This document shows, in pieces, positions 18,795-27,567 of a stretch of DNA of 32,000 bases. Source of the DNA: an uncultured Chitinophaga sp. (GTDB taxonomy: Bacteria; Bacteroidota; Bacteroidia; NS11-12g; UBA955); assembly GCA_964505065.1 (NCBI GenBank), contig CAZDGF010000021.1, forward strand, positions 16,441-48,440. Reading direction: 5' to 3'. Each line of letters opens with the position of its first letter. Position 1 is the first letter of the stretch. The notes under the pieces are model-generated. The model was not told the origin of the DNA, did no database searches, and saw only the letters and a program-made list of their open reading frames with translations. A program made the position numbers and the translations under genes.

Positions 18795-19799
18795 ATGCCA
18801 GTAGAAATTATAGCAGAAATAGCACAAGCACACGAGGGAAGTTTGGGTATTGCACATTCTTATATAGATGCATTGGCTAATATTGGAGTTGATACAATAA
18901 AATTTCAAATGCATATAGCCGAAGCCGAAAGCAGCGAATATGAGCAATTCAGAGTTAATTTTAGTTATGAAGATAAAACACGTTTTGATTATTGGCAGCG
19001 CATGGAATTTAAATTGGAACAATGGGCTGGTTTAAAACAACATTGCACAGAAAAAGGATTAAATTTTTTATGCTCTCCTTTTTCTATAAAAGCAATAGAA
19101 AACTTAGAAAAACTAAATGTCAATAGATACAAAATAGCGAGTGGTGAAATTTCTAACTTATTGCTGTTAGATATCATTTGCAAAACTGGTAAATCCATAT
19201 TATTATCAAGCGGAATGAGTAGTTTTGATGAATTAGATGCTAGCATTCAGTTTATAAAAAATAAAGGTGGAAAATTAGAGGGATTATTTCAATGTACAAC
19301 TTCATATCCTACACCACCAGAGCAATACGGATTAAATATTTTAAACGAATTGAAAAGTAAGTTTAATACAAAAATTGGATTAAGCGACCATAGTGGCGAA
19401 ATATATGCAGGCATAGCCGCTACAGCATTAGGTGCAGAAATGTTAGAAATGCACGTTGTGTTTGATAAGCAAATGTTTGGACCCGATGCCAAATCATCGC
19501 TCACAATTCAAGAATTTAAACAGTTGGTAGATGGTGTTAAAAAAATAGATATAAGTTTGCAAAATAATATCAATAAAAATGATGTAGCAAAATATGCCGA
19601 GTTAAAAACTATGTTTGGAAAATCAATAGCCGTTAATAAAGATTTACAAAAAGGATATGTAATTACTTTAGAAGATTTAGAAACTAAAAAGCCTGCCAAT
19701 AAAGGAATTTCTCCTGCTAATTACGAAAATGTAATTGGCAAAAAATTGAATAAAGATTTACAAAAAAATTCATTTTTAAATGAAAGTGATTTGATATGA
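18795..19799 (+). CDS. neuB: Nonulosonic acid synthase, NeuB family (Neu5Ac or legionaminic-type; exact sugar not assignable)
   Basis: 'VEIIAEIAQAHEGSLGIAHSYIDALANIGVDTIKFQ', 'IASGEISNLLLL', 'LLSSGMS', 'LFQCTTSYPTP', 'GLSDHS', plus a C-terminal SAF-like domain. Confidence 0.9.
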   Translation: MPVEIIAEIAQAHEGSLGIAHSYIDALANIGVDTIKFQMHIAEAESSEYEQFRVNFSYEDKTRFDYWQRMEFKLEQWAGLKQHCTEKGLNFLCSPFSIKAIENLEKLNVNRYKIASGEISNLLLLDIICKTGKSILLSSGMSSFDELDASIQFIKNKGGKLEGLFQCTTSYPTPPEQYGLNILNELKSKFNTKIGLSDHSGEIYAGIAATALGAEMLEMHVVFDKQMFGPDAKSSLTIQEFKQLVDGVKKIDISLQNNINKNDVAKYAELKTMFGKSIAVNKDLQKGYVITLEDLETKKPANKGISPANYENVIGKKLNKDLQKNSFLNESDLI

Positions 19800-20953
19800 A
19801 AAAAAAGAAAATTTGTGTGGTAATAACCGCACGTCCAAGTTACAGTAGAATTCGCACAGCACTTAAAGCTATTCAACAACATGCTGAATTAGAATTGCAA
19901 CTTGTGGTTGCTGCATCTGCATTGTTAGATAGATACGGTAGCACTGTAAATTATATTGAAGATGACGGCTTTGTAATTGCTGAAAAAGTGTATATGATTA
20001 TTGAAGGTGCTACACTTACAAGCTCTGCAAAAACAACAGGCATAGGTATTATGGAACTTTCTACGGCTTTTGATAATCTAAAACCAGATATGGTATGCAC
20101 TATTGGCGATAGGTTTGAAACCATGGCAACAGCAATAGCAGCCAGTTATATGAATATTCCTTTAGTACATATTCAGGGAGGAGAGGTAACAGGTAATATT
20201 GACGAAAAGGTAAGACATGCTATTTCAAAATTAGCAGATTTACATTTAGTTTCAAATAATGATGCTAAACAACGCCTCATAAAAATGGGTGAAGATGAAG
20301 AAAAAATATTTATAACAGGTTGCCCCAGTATTGATATTGCCAAACAGGTAAAAGATAATCCTGCTTTGGATTTCGACCCATGCGAAAAATATGGTGGTGT
20401 GGGTAATTATATCAATCCAAACGAACCTTATTTGGTAGTTATGCAACATCCTGTAACAACAGAATTTAGCGAAGCAAAACAACAAGCTGAAACACTAATA
20501 CAAGTTTTGAGTGATATCAATATGCCAACTTTTTGGTTTTGGCCCAATCCTGATGCTGGTAGCGATGGCACAAGCAATGCTTTGCGTTCTTTTAGAGAGG
20601 ATAATAGAGATAATAAATTTAGATTTTTTAAAAATATGGAAGGCAATGATTTTTTAAAATTATTAACCCATAGCCAATGTTTGATAGGTAATAGCAGTGT
20701 AGGTATAAGAGAATGTTCTTACTTAGGTGTGCCTGTTGTAAATATTGGTAGCAGACAAAATAAACGCTTACGTGGAGCTAATGTTATAGATACTAACTAT
20801 GATATTAAAAATTTAAAAAATAGTATTCAAAAACAATTGGATGCAAAACGCTATACGTCAGAAAATATTTATGGCGATGGTAGTGCTGCAAAACAAATAG
20901 CTGATGTTATTGCATATTCGAACCCGAGTATTAAGAAAGTTATTAGTTATTAG
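19796..20953 (+). CDS. neuC: UDP-N-acetylglucosamine (or diacetylbacillosamine) 2-epimerase, hydrolysing (NeuC/LegG type)
   Basis: 'KICVVITARPSYSRI', 'GDRFETMATAIAASYMNIPLVHIQGGEVTGNIDEKVRHAISKLADLH' and 'IGNSSVGIRECSYLGVPVVNIGSRQ'. Confidence 0.9.
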   Translation: MKKKKICVVITARPSYSRIRTALKAIQQHAELELQLVVAASALLDRYGSTVNYIEDDGFVIAEKVYMIIEGATLTSSAKTTGIGIMELSTAFDNLKPDMVCTIGDRFETMATAIAASYMNIPLVHIQGGEVTGNIDEKVRHAISKLADLHLVSNNDAKQRLIKMGEDEEKIFITGCPSIDIAKQVKDNPALDFDPCEKYGGVGNYINPNEPYLVVMQHPVTTEFSEAKQQAETLIQVLSDINMPTFWFWPNPDAGSDGTSNALRSFREDNRDNKFRFFKNMEGNDFLKLLTHSQCLIGNSSVGIRECSYLGVPVVNIGSRQNKRLRGANVIDTNYDIKNLKNSIQKQLDAKRYTSENIYGDGSAAKQIADVIAYSNPSIKKVISY

Positions 20954-21000
20954 TAAAAAACTAATTCTTTATATTTTAAAATTGATTTATAATTAACCTG

Positions 21001-22215
21001 ATGTCAAACAATATAGAACCCATAAAAACCTTACATGGCTTGCCCGAGCAAGTTATATTTTGCAGCCGTTGTGTAATGAACAATCAACGCCCCAATACCT
21101 CAAGAGAATTTGTAAAAAAAGATTCTAATATTTCCACCGCTGGTTTTGGTGATGATGGCGTATGCGATGCCTGCACATGGTATGAGGAAAAACAAAAAAT
21201 AGATTGGGCAGATAGAGAAAAACAACTACAAGCCTTATGCGATAAATACAGAAGAAACGATGGTAGATACGATGTTATAGTGCCTTCGAGTGGTGGTAAA
21301 GATAGTTTTTTTGTAGCCCATCAATTAAAACATAAATACGGCATGAATCCATTAACTGTTACTTGGGCGCCACATAGATATACTGATGTTGGGTGGCGCA
21401 ATTTTCAAAGTATGATAGATGCTGGGTTTGATAATATTTTGGTAACTCCGAATGCAAAAGTTCATGCAACACTTACGCGTTTGGCTTTCGAGAATTTAGT
21501 CAATCCTTTTCAACCATTTATTTTAGGACAAAAAAATGTAGCTCCTCGTGCTGCTTTACAATACGATGTACCATTTATAATGTATGGCGAAAACCATGCA
21601 GAGGCACACAATAAAATTGGCGAAAATTATTCGCCATTGATGAATATAGAACATTTTACAAGAGAAAATGAAGATACTGAATTGTATTTTGGTGGTGTAA
21701 ATAGTAAAGATTTGGGACAATATGGCATTGAGGATAAAGATTTATTTTTATACAAACCTTTGTTAGCGGAGCCAGTAAGAAAAGCAGGTATTGAGGTGCA
21801 TTATTATAGTTTTTATTACAATTGGAGTCCGCAAGAAAATTATTATTATGCTATGGATAACAGTAAATTTGAATCAAATCCTGATGGTAGAAGCGAAGGT
21901 ACTTATTCAAAATTTGCAAGTTTAGATGATAAAATAGATGGACAACATTACTACACTATGTTTGCAAAATTTGGACAAGGTAGATGTATGAACGATGCCA
22001 ATAGAGATATTAGAGATGGTTTGATTACAAGAGAAGAAGCCATAGAATTAATGAATAAATACGATGGCGAATTTCCGAAAAAATATTTTCAAGAGTTTTT
22101 AGATTACATAGGCATTTCTGAAGAAAGATACTGGGAAGTAATTGACAAATCGCGAAGCCCACATTTATGGGAAAAAGTGAATGGGGAATGGATTTTGAAA
22201 CATAAAGTAGTTTGA
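21001..22215 (+). CDS. N-acetyl sugar amidotransferase (WbuX/WbpG/PseA family, PP-loop ATPase), copy 1
   Basis: N-terminal Cys cluster 'CSRCVMNNQRPN...GVCDAC' and PP-loop 'VPSSGGKDSFFVAHQL'. It is followed by hisF/hisH paralogs, as in the wbuXYZ and wbpG-hisH2-hisF2 arrangements. Confidence 0.85.
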   Translation: MSNNIEPIKTLHGLPEQVIFCSRCVMNNQRPNTSREFVKKDSNISTAGFGDDGVCDACTWYEEKQKIDWADREKQLQALCDKYRRNDGRYDVIVPSSGGKDSFFVAHQLKHKYGMNPLTVTWAPHRYTDVGWRNFQSMIDAGFDNILVTPNAKVHATLTRLAFENLVNPFQPFILGQKNVAPRAALQYDVPFIMYGENHAEAHNKIGENYSPLMNIEHFTRENEDTELYFGGVNSKDLGQYGIEDKDLFLYKPLLAEPVRKAGIEVHYYSFYYNWSPQENYYYAMDNSKFESNPDGRSEGTYSKFASLDDKIDGQHYYTMFAKFGQGRCMNDANRDIRDGLITREEAIELMNKYDGEFPKKYFQEFLDYIGISEERYWEVIDKSRSPHLWEKVNGEWILKHKVV

Positions 22216-22964
22216 AACGTATTATTGCCAGACTTGACGTAAAAGGCTCTCGCTTGGTGAAAGGTATTCATTTGGAGGGTTGGCGATTTTTGCCTAAAAC
22301 ACCCAATGAGTATTGTTATGAATATTATTTACAAGGAGCAGATGAAATAATTTATGTAGATGCAGTAGCAAGTTTGTATGGCAGAGATTCTATTAAAGAT
22401 ATTATTAGAAAAACAACTGAAAACGTTTTTATACCCATTACTGTAGGTGGTGGAATTAGGACTTTAGAAGATGCTTATGATATTTTAAGAAGTGGTGCAG
22501 ATAAAGTAGCAGTTTGTTCTCAAGCGATTAAAACACCAGTCTTAATTTCAGAAATAGCCAATAAATTTGGTAATCAATGTATGGTAGTTTCTATTCAAGC
22601 AAAAAAAGATGTGAATGGCAATTATAAAGTATGGTATGATGTAGCACGAGAAAAAACAGAAATAGATGTGATAGAATGGGCGCAAAAAGCGGAAGAATTA
22701 GGTGCTGGAGAAATTCTTTTAACAGATATAGATGCAGAAGGTATGGAGCGTGGTATGAATTTAGACTTGATTAATAAAGTTAGTGAAGCTGTTAGCATAC
22801 CTGTAATAGCAAGTGGTGGTGTGGGTAAAAGTGCAGATGTAACCCATGCCTTCAATAATGGTGCAGATGCTGTGGCTATAGCGAAGGCTTTACATTATAG
22901 TAAATTAACTATTTCGGAGATAAAAGCGGAGGCTTTTAAACACAATTTAACCGTAAGATTATAA
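22212..22964 (+). CDS. hisF: Imidazole glycerol phosphate synthase cyclase-subunit paralog (HisF-like, WbuZ type)
   Basis: 'RIIARLDVKG..VKG', 'VGGGIRT', 'LTDIDAEGMERGMNLDL' and 'IASGGVG'. The TTG start is obligatory (next Met at about codon 123) and forms a TTGA overlap. Confidence 0.9.
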   Translation: MKRIIARLDVKGSRLVKGIHLEGWRFLPKTPNEYCYEYYLQGADEIIYVDAVASLYGRDSIKDIIRKTTENVFIPITVGGGIRTLEDAYDILRSGADKVAVCSQAIKTPVLISEIANKFGNQCMVVSIQAKKDVNGNYKVWYDVAREKTEIDVIEWAQKAEELGAGEILLTDIDAEGMERGMNLDLINKVSEAVSIPVIASGGVGKSADVTHAFNNGADAVAIAKALHYSKLTISEIKAEAFKHNLTVRL

Positions 22965-23594
22965 ATGAAAACAGTTTCAATAATAGATTATGGTATGAGT
23001 AATTTATTGAGTATTTGCAGGGCTTTTGAGCATGTAGGTGCAAAAGTAAATATTGTAACTCATAATGAAGAAATTGTCAATTCAGATTATTTGGTTTTAC
23101 CGGGCGTAGGGGCATTTCCAGATGGTATGGCAGAGCTGAATAAAAGAGATTTGCCAGAAGGAATAAATGAATTTGTAAAAACTGGTAAACCCATATTAGG
23201 TGTTTGTTTAGGTATGCAAATGCTTTTAAGCAAAGGTTTTGAGCATATAGAAACCCTGGGTTTAAATTTAATAGAAGGCGAAGTTTTACCATTACCCCAA
23301 AATTTAGAAAACTATAAAGTGCCAAATATTAATTGGCATTCAGTTATTGAACCATTAGAAAACAAATGGCAGAATACAATATTTAATGAAACGCCAAACA
23401 ATAGTTTTTTCTACTTTGTACATTCATATTTTGCAAGACCAAAGTTGGATGAAAATATTCTAAGAAGTACAAATTTTGGAAGTTTAAATTTTGCCTCAGC
23501 CATTCAAAAAGATAATGTGATGGGGACACAATTTCATCCTGAAAAGAGTGGAACGAATGGTCTTAAATTATTAAAGACTTTTATTGATTTGTAA
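22965..23594 (+). CDS. hisH: Glutamine amidotransferase subunit paralog (HisH-like, WbuY type)
   Basis: 'VSIIDYGMSNLLS', 'LVLPGVGAF', catalytic Cys in 'ILGVCLGMQML' and His/Glu in 'GTQFHPEKSG'. Confidence 0.9.
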   Translation: MKTVSIIDYGMSNLLSICRAFEHVGAKVNIVTHNEEIVNSDYLVLPGVGAFPDGMAELNKRDLPEGINEFVKTGKPILGVCLGMQMLLSKGFEHIETLGLNLIEGEVLPLPQNLENYKVPNINWHSVIEPLENKWQNTIFNETPNNSFFYFVHSYFARPKLDENILRSTNFGSLNFASAIQKDNVMGTQFHPEKSGTNGLKLLKTFIDL

Positions 23595-23603
23595 TTTAAT
23601 TTG

Positions 23604-23621
23604 CACGCAAAGGCGCAAAGA
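23604..23621. repeat. Left arm of an 18-nt inverted repeat bracketing the GxxExxY gene (CACGCAAAGGCGCAAAGA; itself CGCAAAG x2)
   Basis: It is the reverse complement of 24020..24037 at 17 of 18 positions. The single difference is a G:U wobble in the + strand RNA. Confidence 0.85.
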
Positions 23622-23627
23622 AATATT

Positions 23628-24014
23628 ATGTTATATACAGAAAACGAATTATCAAAAATTATAGTCAATTGTTGTTATAAAATACATTCAAAGCTTGGGG
23701 CAGGTTTATTTGAATCTGTATATGAAAATATATTGGCTTATGAATTAACTAAACACAATTTGAAAATTGAGGTTCAAAAAGCTTTACCTGTATATTATGA
23801 GGATATTAAAATGGATATTGGTTTTAGAACCGATATTATAGTTGAAAACAAAGTCATTATTGAAATAAAATCTGTTGAAGAAATTTCAAAAGTTCATTTT
23901 AAACAATTGCAAACCTATTTAAAACTTACAAATATCAAGTTAGGCTTGCTTGTTAATTTTAATGAAAACCTAATAAAGGAAGGTATCCACAGAGTGGTAA
24001 ACAATTTATATTAA
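23628..24014 (+). CDS. GxxExxY protein (PD-(D/E)XK nuclease-like, PDDEXK_3 family)
   Basis: 'KLGAGLFESVYENILAYEL' contains the G-x-x-E-x-x-Y motif. The nuclease-like core is 'FRTDIIVENKVIIEIKSVE' (D...ExK). I prefer ATG 23628 because the track's TTG 23601 start would read through the inverted-repeat arm. Confidence 0.8.
   Translation: MLYTENELSKIIVNCCYKIHSKLGAGLFESVYENILAYELTKHNLKIEVQKALPVYYEDIKMDIGFRTDIIVENKVIIEIKSVEEISKVHFKQLQTYLKLTNIKLGLLVNFNENLIKEGIHRVVNNLY
23741..23767 (+). repeat. Direct repeat copy 1 (27 nt, inside the GxxExxY CDS; encodes ELTKHNLKI)
   Basis: TGAATTAACTAAACACAATTTGAAAAT matches 24036..24062 at 26 of 27 positions. Confidence 0.9.
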
Positions 24015-24019
24015 AATAA

Positions 24020-24037
24020 TCTTTGCGTCTTTGCGTG
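24020..24037. repeat. Right arm of the 18-nt inverted repeat (TCTTTGCGTCTTTGCGTG)
   Basis: See the left arm. It lies 6 nt after the GxxExxY stop and ends 17 nt before the neuA-like TTG start. Confidence 0.85.
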
Positions 24038-24062
24038 AATTAACTAAACATAATTTGAAAAT
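24036..24062 (+). repeat. Direct repeat copy 2 (27 nt, contains the neuA-like TTG start)
   Basis: TGAATTAACTAAACATAATTTGAAAAT. The single difference (C to T) is synonymous (His) when read in the phase that continues into neuA-like. Confidence 0.9.
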
Positions 24063-24744
24063 CCTTGCAATTATACCAGCTCGTGGAGGATCAAAAGGTG
24101 TTCCAAGAAAAAATATAAAACTTTTGGGCAATAAACCATTAATTGCGTACAGTATTGAAAGTGCAAAACAATCAAAATTATTGACTGAATTTATTGTAAA
24201 TACAGAAGATGAAGAAATTGCTGAAATTGCCCTGCAATATGGTGCCAAAGTGCCTTTTATGCGCCCCTCGGAATTAGCGCAAGATACAACACCAACAATA
24301 GATGTAGTAAAACATGTTATTTTAGAATATGAAAAACAAAATCAGTTTTTTGATGCTATTTTAATACTTCAAGCAACTTGTCCTTTTAGGTTAGAAAATG
24401 AGATAGATGAATGTATTGAGAAGTTTATAAAACAAGGTGCAGATTCACTTATTTCTGTAAAAGAAGTACCAGCACATTATAATCCCCATTGGGTATTTGA
24501 GCCAAATAGCGAAGGAAATTTAATTATAGCCACTGGCGAAAAAAGAATAATTAGCCGTAGGCAAGATTTACCAAAAGCTTATGCCAGAGATGGCTCAATA
24601 TATATTACCAAAACTAGTGTAATTTTGGAAAAAAATTCACTGTTTGGCGATAGCATAACCTATTACGAAAACAATAATATAAACCATGTAAATATAGATA
24701 CAGTAGAAGATTGGCAAAACGCAGAAAAACAACTAAAAAACTAA
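24055..24744 (+). CDS. neuA: Acylneuraminate / nonulosonate cytidylyltransferase (NeuA/LegF type)
   Basis: 'KILAIIPARGGSKGVPRKNIKLLGNKPLIAYSIE', 'LQATCPFR' and 'RRQDLPKAYARDGSIY'. There is no ATG. TTG 24055 gives the canonical MKILAIIPARGG N-terminus, whereas the track's TTG 24031 lies inside the IR arm. Confidence 0.85.
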   Translation: MKILAIIPARGGSKGVPRKNIKLLGNKPLIAYSIESAKQSKLLTEFIVNTEDEEIAEIALQYGAKVPFMRPSELAQDTTPTIDVVKHVILEYEKQNQFFDAILILQATCPFRLENEIDECIEKFIKQGADSLISVKEVPAHYNPHWVFEPNSEGNLIIATGEKRIISRRQDLPKAYARDGSIYITKTSVILEKNSLFGDSITYYENNNINHVNIDTVEDWQNAEKQLKN

Positions 24745-24764
24745 ACTAAAACTAATGATTATTA

Positions 24765-25859
24765 ATGAAAAACACTACTTATTTTCCAAACCTAAATGGT
24801 TTGCGTTTTATCGCAGCATTTATGGTAATTATTCACCACATTGAAAGCATGAAATCCACTTTTAAGTGGCAAAATATAAACGATAATCAAACCATATTTT
24901 TATTAGGTAAACTAGGTGTTATATTGTTTTTTGTATTGAGTGGATTTTTAATTACTTACTTACTTTTAAATGAAGAAAAATTAAAAGGAAGCATCAATGT
25001 TAAACATTTTTATTTACGAAGAATTTGTAGAATTTGGCCCTTATATTTTTTAATTATTTTATTGTCATTGGTTGTATTTCCGCATTTCGAAAGTTTAAAT
25101 TTTAGAACTTCGGATTACATGTTGTTTTATGATTCAATAGGAGCTAAAATTGTATTATTTATATTTTTCCTTCCTAATTTACTATTGGTACGTTTTGGTG
25201 TAATGCCTTATGCCAGCCAAACATGGTCGATAGGCGTAGAGGAGCAATTTTACCTGCTTTGGCCTTGGCTAATCAAATGGTTTAAAAATAAAATATTAAT
25301 GGTAGTTATGGTATTTGTGGTATATCATATTTTAAATTTTATCGTGTTTAATGTTAGTCAGATTCCATACAGCCAATTATTACAAGGCTTCTTTCAGTTT
25401 TTTAATATAGATTGTATGGCAATAGGGGCATTCTTTGGCATTGTTTTACATCAAAATAGAAAAAAATTATTACAAGTAATTTGCAATACATATTTGTTTT
25501 ATTTTATTGCAATCATTGCCTTATCTTTAATCATTAAAGGTTATAACTTTCCGCTGTTTAATTATCAAATTTACGCCTTATTATTTGGTATTTGTATTAT
25601 CAATTTGGCTACAATGAAAGCAACATTTTTAGAGCATAAATGGCTAAATTATTTAGGTAAAATTTCTTATGGTTTGTATATGTACCATATCATTGCTATC
25701 GGCATCACATTAGTTTTATTGGAAAAAATAAACTTAACAAGTTCTTTAGCTCTTTATCCAATAAGCATAGCATTTACTATTTTATTATCAGCAATATCAT
25801 ATAAATATTTTGAAACTTATTTTTTGAAATTGAAAGCAAAATATCAAGCATCTAATTAA
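24765..25859 (+). CDS. Acyltransferase family 3 membrane O-acyltransferase, copy 2
   Basis: 'LNGLRFIAAFMVIIHH', 'ILFFVLSGFLI', 'WSIGVEEQFYLLWP', and a C-terminal 'ISYKYFETYFLKLK' shared with copy 1. Confidence 0.85.
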   Translation: MKNTTYFPNLNGLRFIAAFMVIIHHIESMKSTFKWQNINDNQTIFLLGKLGVILFFVLSGFLITYLLLNEEKLKGSINVKHFYLRRICRIWPLYFLIILLSLVVFPHFESLNFRTSDYMLFYDSIGAKIVLFIFFLPNLLLVRFGVMPYASQTWSIGVEEQFYLLWPWLIKWFKNKILMVVMVFVVYHILNFIVFNVSQIPYSQLLQGFFQFFNIDCMAIGAFFGIVLHQNRKKLLQVICNTYLFYFIAIIALSLIIKGYNFPLFNYQIYALLFGICIINLATMKATFLEHKWLNYLGKISYGLYMYHIIAIGITLVLLEKINLTSSLALYPISIAFTILLSAISYKYFETYFLKLKAKYQASN

Positions 25860-25866
25860 TTAAAAA

Positions 25867-27567
25867 ATGTGCGGAATAGTAGGCATTATTAGTCAAAATA
25901 ATCAAACGGAAGCATTGCAAAAAATGCTACAAAGCCAACACCACCGTGGACCTGATTTTACAGGCTCTTGGAGTGATAATACAATGGCTTATCTTGGGCA
26001 TAACCGCTTGGCGATTATTGATTTGAAAGCACACTCTAACCAACCTTTTCACTGTGTAGAAAATAGATATACAATTACATTTAATGGCGAAATTTACAAT
26101 TATATAGAACTTAAAAAAGAACTTCAAAAATATTTCACTTTTCATACAGATAGCGATACAGAAGTATTGCTAAATGCCTATAAATATTGGGGAAAAGAGT
26201 GCTTGCATTATTTTAGAGGCATGTGGAGTTTTGCTATTTGGGATAAGCAAGAAAATACACTTTTTGCCAGTAGAGATAGATTTGGCGTAAAACCATTTTA
26301 TTACATTCAAACCAAAGATACATTTGCTTTTGCCAGCGAGCCTAAAGCTTTTTGGGCAGCTAATTTGGTAAAAAAAGAATGGAACAATGCTGTGCTTTCT
26401 CGCTATTTATCGCAAGCCAATTATGGGTTGCCCAATGAGTGTATGTTTGCTAATATTCATCAATTACAGGGCGGGCATTATTTAACTTGGCAAGCAGGAG
26501 AAATCAGTATCCAAAAATGGTATCATTTTGAGGATGAAGTTAAAAAAATAAAACACACTAAAACAGCTTTTGAAATTCAAAATGAATTAAAAGCTCTACT
26601 TGAGGAGAACATAAAATTGCGCTTAAGAAGCGATGTGCCTTTAGGCTTCAATTTGAGCGGTGGTGTAGATTCTACCTTGCTTTTTCAATTGATAAGAAAA
26701 CAATTAAATAAAGATAAAACATCTGCTTTTACATTTTATAGCAATGATGATAAATATGATGAAACAGACTGGGTTAAGCAAATAATAGGCAAAACTGATT
26801 TTAAATGGCACAAATGTTTGATAGACAAATACAACATTGCAGAATTTGCAGAAAAAATACAACACCATACAGATGAGCCATATTCAGGTATAGCTACATT
26901 GGCATACGCTCGAACTTTTGAAGAAGCAAGAAAAAATAAGTATATTGTATTATTAGACGGTAGCGGAATTGATGAACAATTTGCAGGTTATGATTATTAT
27001 ACAAAAACAACAGATATCAATATACAAGGTACAACAACTTCGCCAGTAAGATTAAATTGTTTAAACAATGATTTTATAGCTCTGGCAGATAAACCACAAT
27101 ACCCAAAACCCTTTGATAACGTGGTTTTAAACTTACAATACCGAGATACAATTTACACAAAACTGCAACGTGATATGCGTTTTAATGATAGAATAAGTAT
27201 GGCTTTTTCTACCGAATTGCGCGAGCCTTTTTTAGACCATAAATTATTTGAATATGCCTTTGCATTGCCTTTAGAATATAAAATTTACAATGGGCAGCGC
27301 AAATATATTATTCGTCAAATTATTAAAGAAAGCTTGAATACACCACTTGTAGAAGCACCAAAACGACCAGTGCAAACACCCCAAAGAGAATGGCTTTCAA
27401 ACGATTTGAAAGATTGGGTAATGGCTATGACAGATAGAGCAACTCAGAATTATGCTTTTTTAAATAAAAAAGAAATTGAAAAGGAATTAGATTTATTTTT
27501 TAACCACAACAACGAAAACAGTTTTTATATATGGCAATGGATAAGCTTAGGAATGATAAAATGCTAA
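25867..27567 (+). CDS. Asparagine synthase (glutamine-hydrolysing)-type amidotransferase, paralog 3
   Basis: 'MCGIVG', 'HHRGPD', 'NGEIYNY', 'SDTEVLL', 'GMWSFAIWD', 'RDRFGVKPFYY' and PP-loop 'LSGGVDST'. Confidence 0.9.
   Translation: MCGIVGIISQNNQTEALQKMLQSQHHRGPDFTGSWSDNTMAYLGHNRLAIIDLKAHSNQPFHCVENRYTITFNGEIYNYIELKKELQKYFTFHTDSDTEVLLNAYKYWGKECLHYFRGMWSFAIWDKQENTLFASRDRFGVKPFYYIQTKDTFAFASEPKAFWAANLVKKEWNNAVLSRYLSQANYGLPNECMFANIHQLQGGHYLTWQAGEISIQKWYHFEDEVKKIKHTKTAFEIQNELKALLEENIKLRLRSDVPLGFNLSGGVDSTLLFQLIRKQLNKDKTSAFTFYSNDDKYDETDWVKQIIGKTDFKWHKCLIDKYNIAEFAEKIQHHTDEPYSGIATLAYARTFEEARKNKYIVLLDGSGIDEQFAGYDYYTKTTDINIQGTTTSPVRLNCLNNDFIALADKPQYPKPFDNVVLNLQYRDTIYTKLQRDMRFNDRISMAFSTELREPFLDHKLFEYAFALPLEYKIYNGQRKYIIRQIIKESLNTPLVEAPKRPVQTPQREWLSNDLKDWVMAMTDRATQNYAFLNKKEIEKELDLFFNHNNENSFYIWQWISLGMIKC

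Larger units (their letters stand above)
23604..24037 (+). mobile_element. Putative IR-bounded GxxExxY gene cassette inserted between hisH-like and neuA-like
   Basis: It is a single unrelated gene flanked by 18-nt inverted repeats, sitting inside an otherwise functionally coherent module. Mobility itself is not demonstrated. Confidence 0.3.

Noticed and set aside
20954-21000. Largest intergenic gap (47 nt) as an internal promoter
   Set aside because: Only an imperfect TAAAATTG (against the Bacteroidota -7 consensus TAnnTTTG) is present, with no convincing -33 element. This cannot be supported from sequence alone.
13681-21120. Compositional heterogeneity as evidence of mosaic horizontal acquisition (spot counts: 12% GC at 13681..13740 versus 38% GC at 21061..21120)
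   Set aside because: The low-GC stretches coincide with Ile, Leu and Phe-rich membrane proteins and orphans, and the higher-GC stretches with conserved soluble enzymes. Amino-acid composition explains the difference, and no windowed GC or codon statistics were computed.
22212-23594. hisF/hisH as histidine-biosynthesis genes
   Set aside because: No other his genes are nearby, and they directly follow a WbuX/WbpG-type amidotransferase inside a glycan operon. That is the known paralogous WbuY/WbuZ (hisH2/hisF2) context.
23601-23627. Track start (TTG 23601, 'MHAKAQRNI...') for the GxxExxY gene
   Set aside because: These codons are simply the inverted-repeat arm read in frame. ATG 23628 gives a normal GxxExxY-family N-terminus.
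24031-24054. Track start (TTG 24031, 'MRELTKHN...') for neuA-like
   Set aside because: It starts inside the right IR arm and the repeat. TTG 24055 gives the canonical MKILAIIPARGGSKG cytidylyltransferase N-terminus. The longer form cannot be excluded without proteomics.
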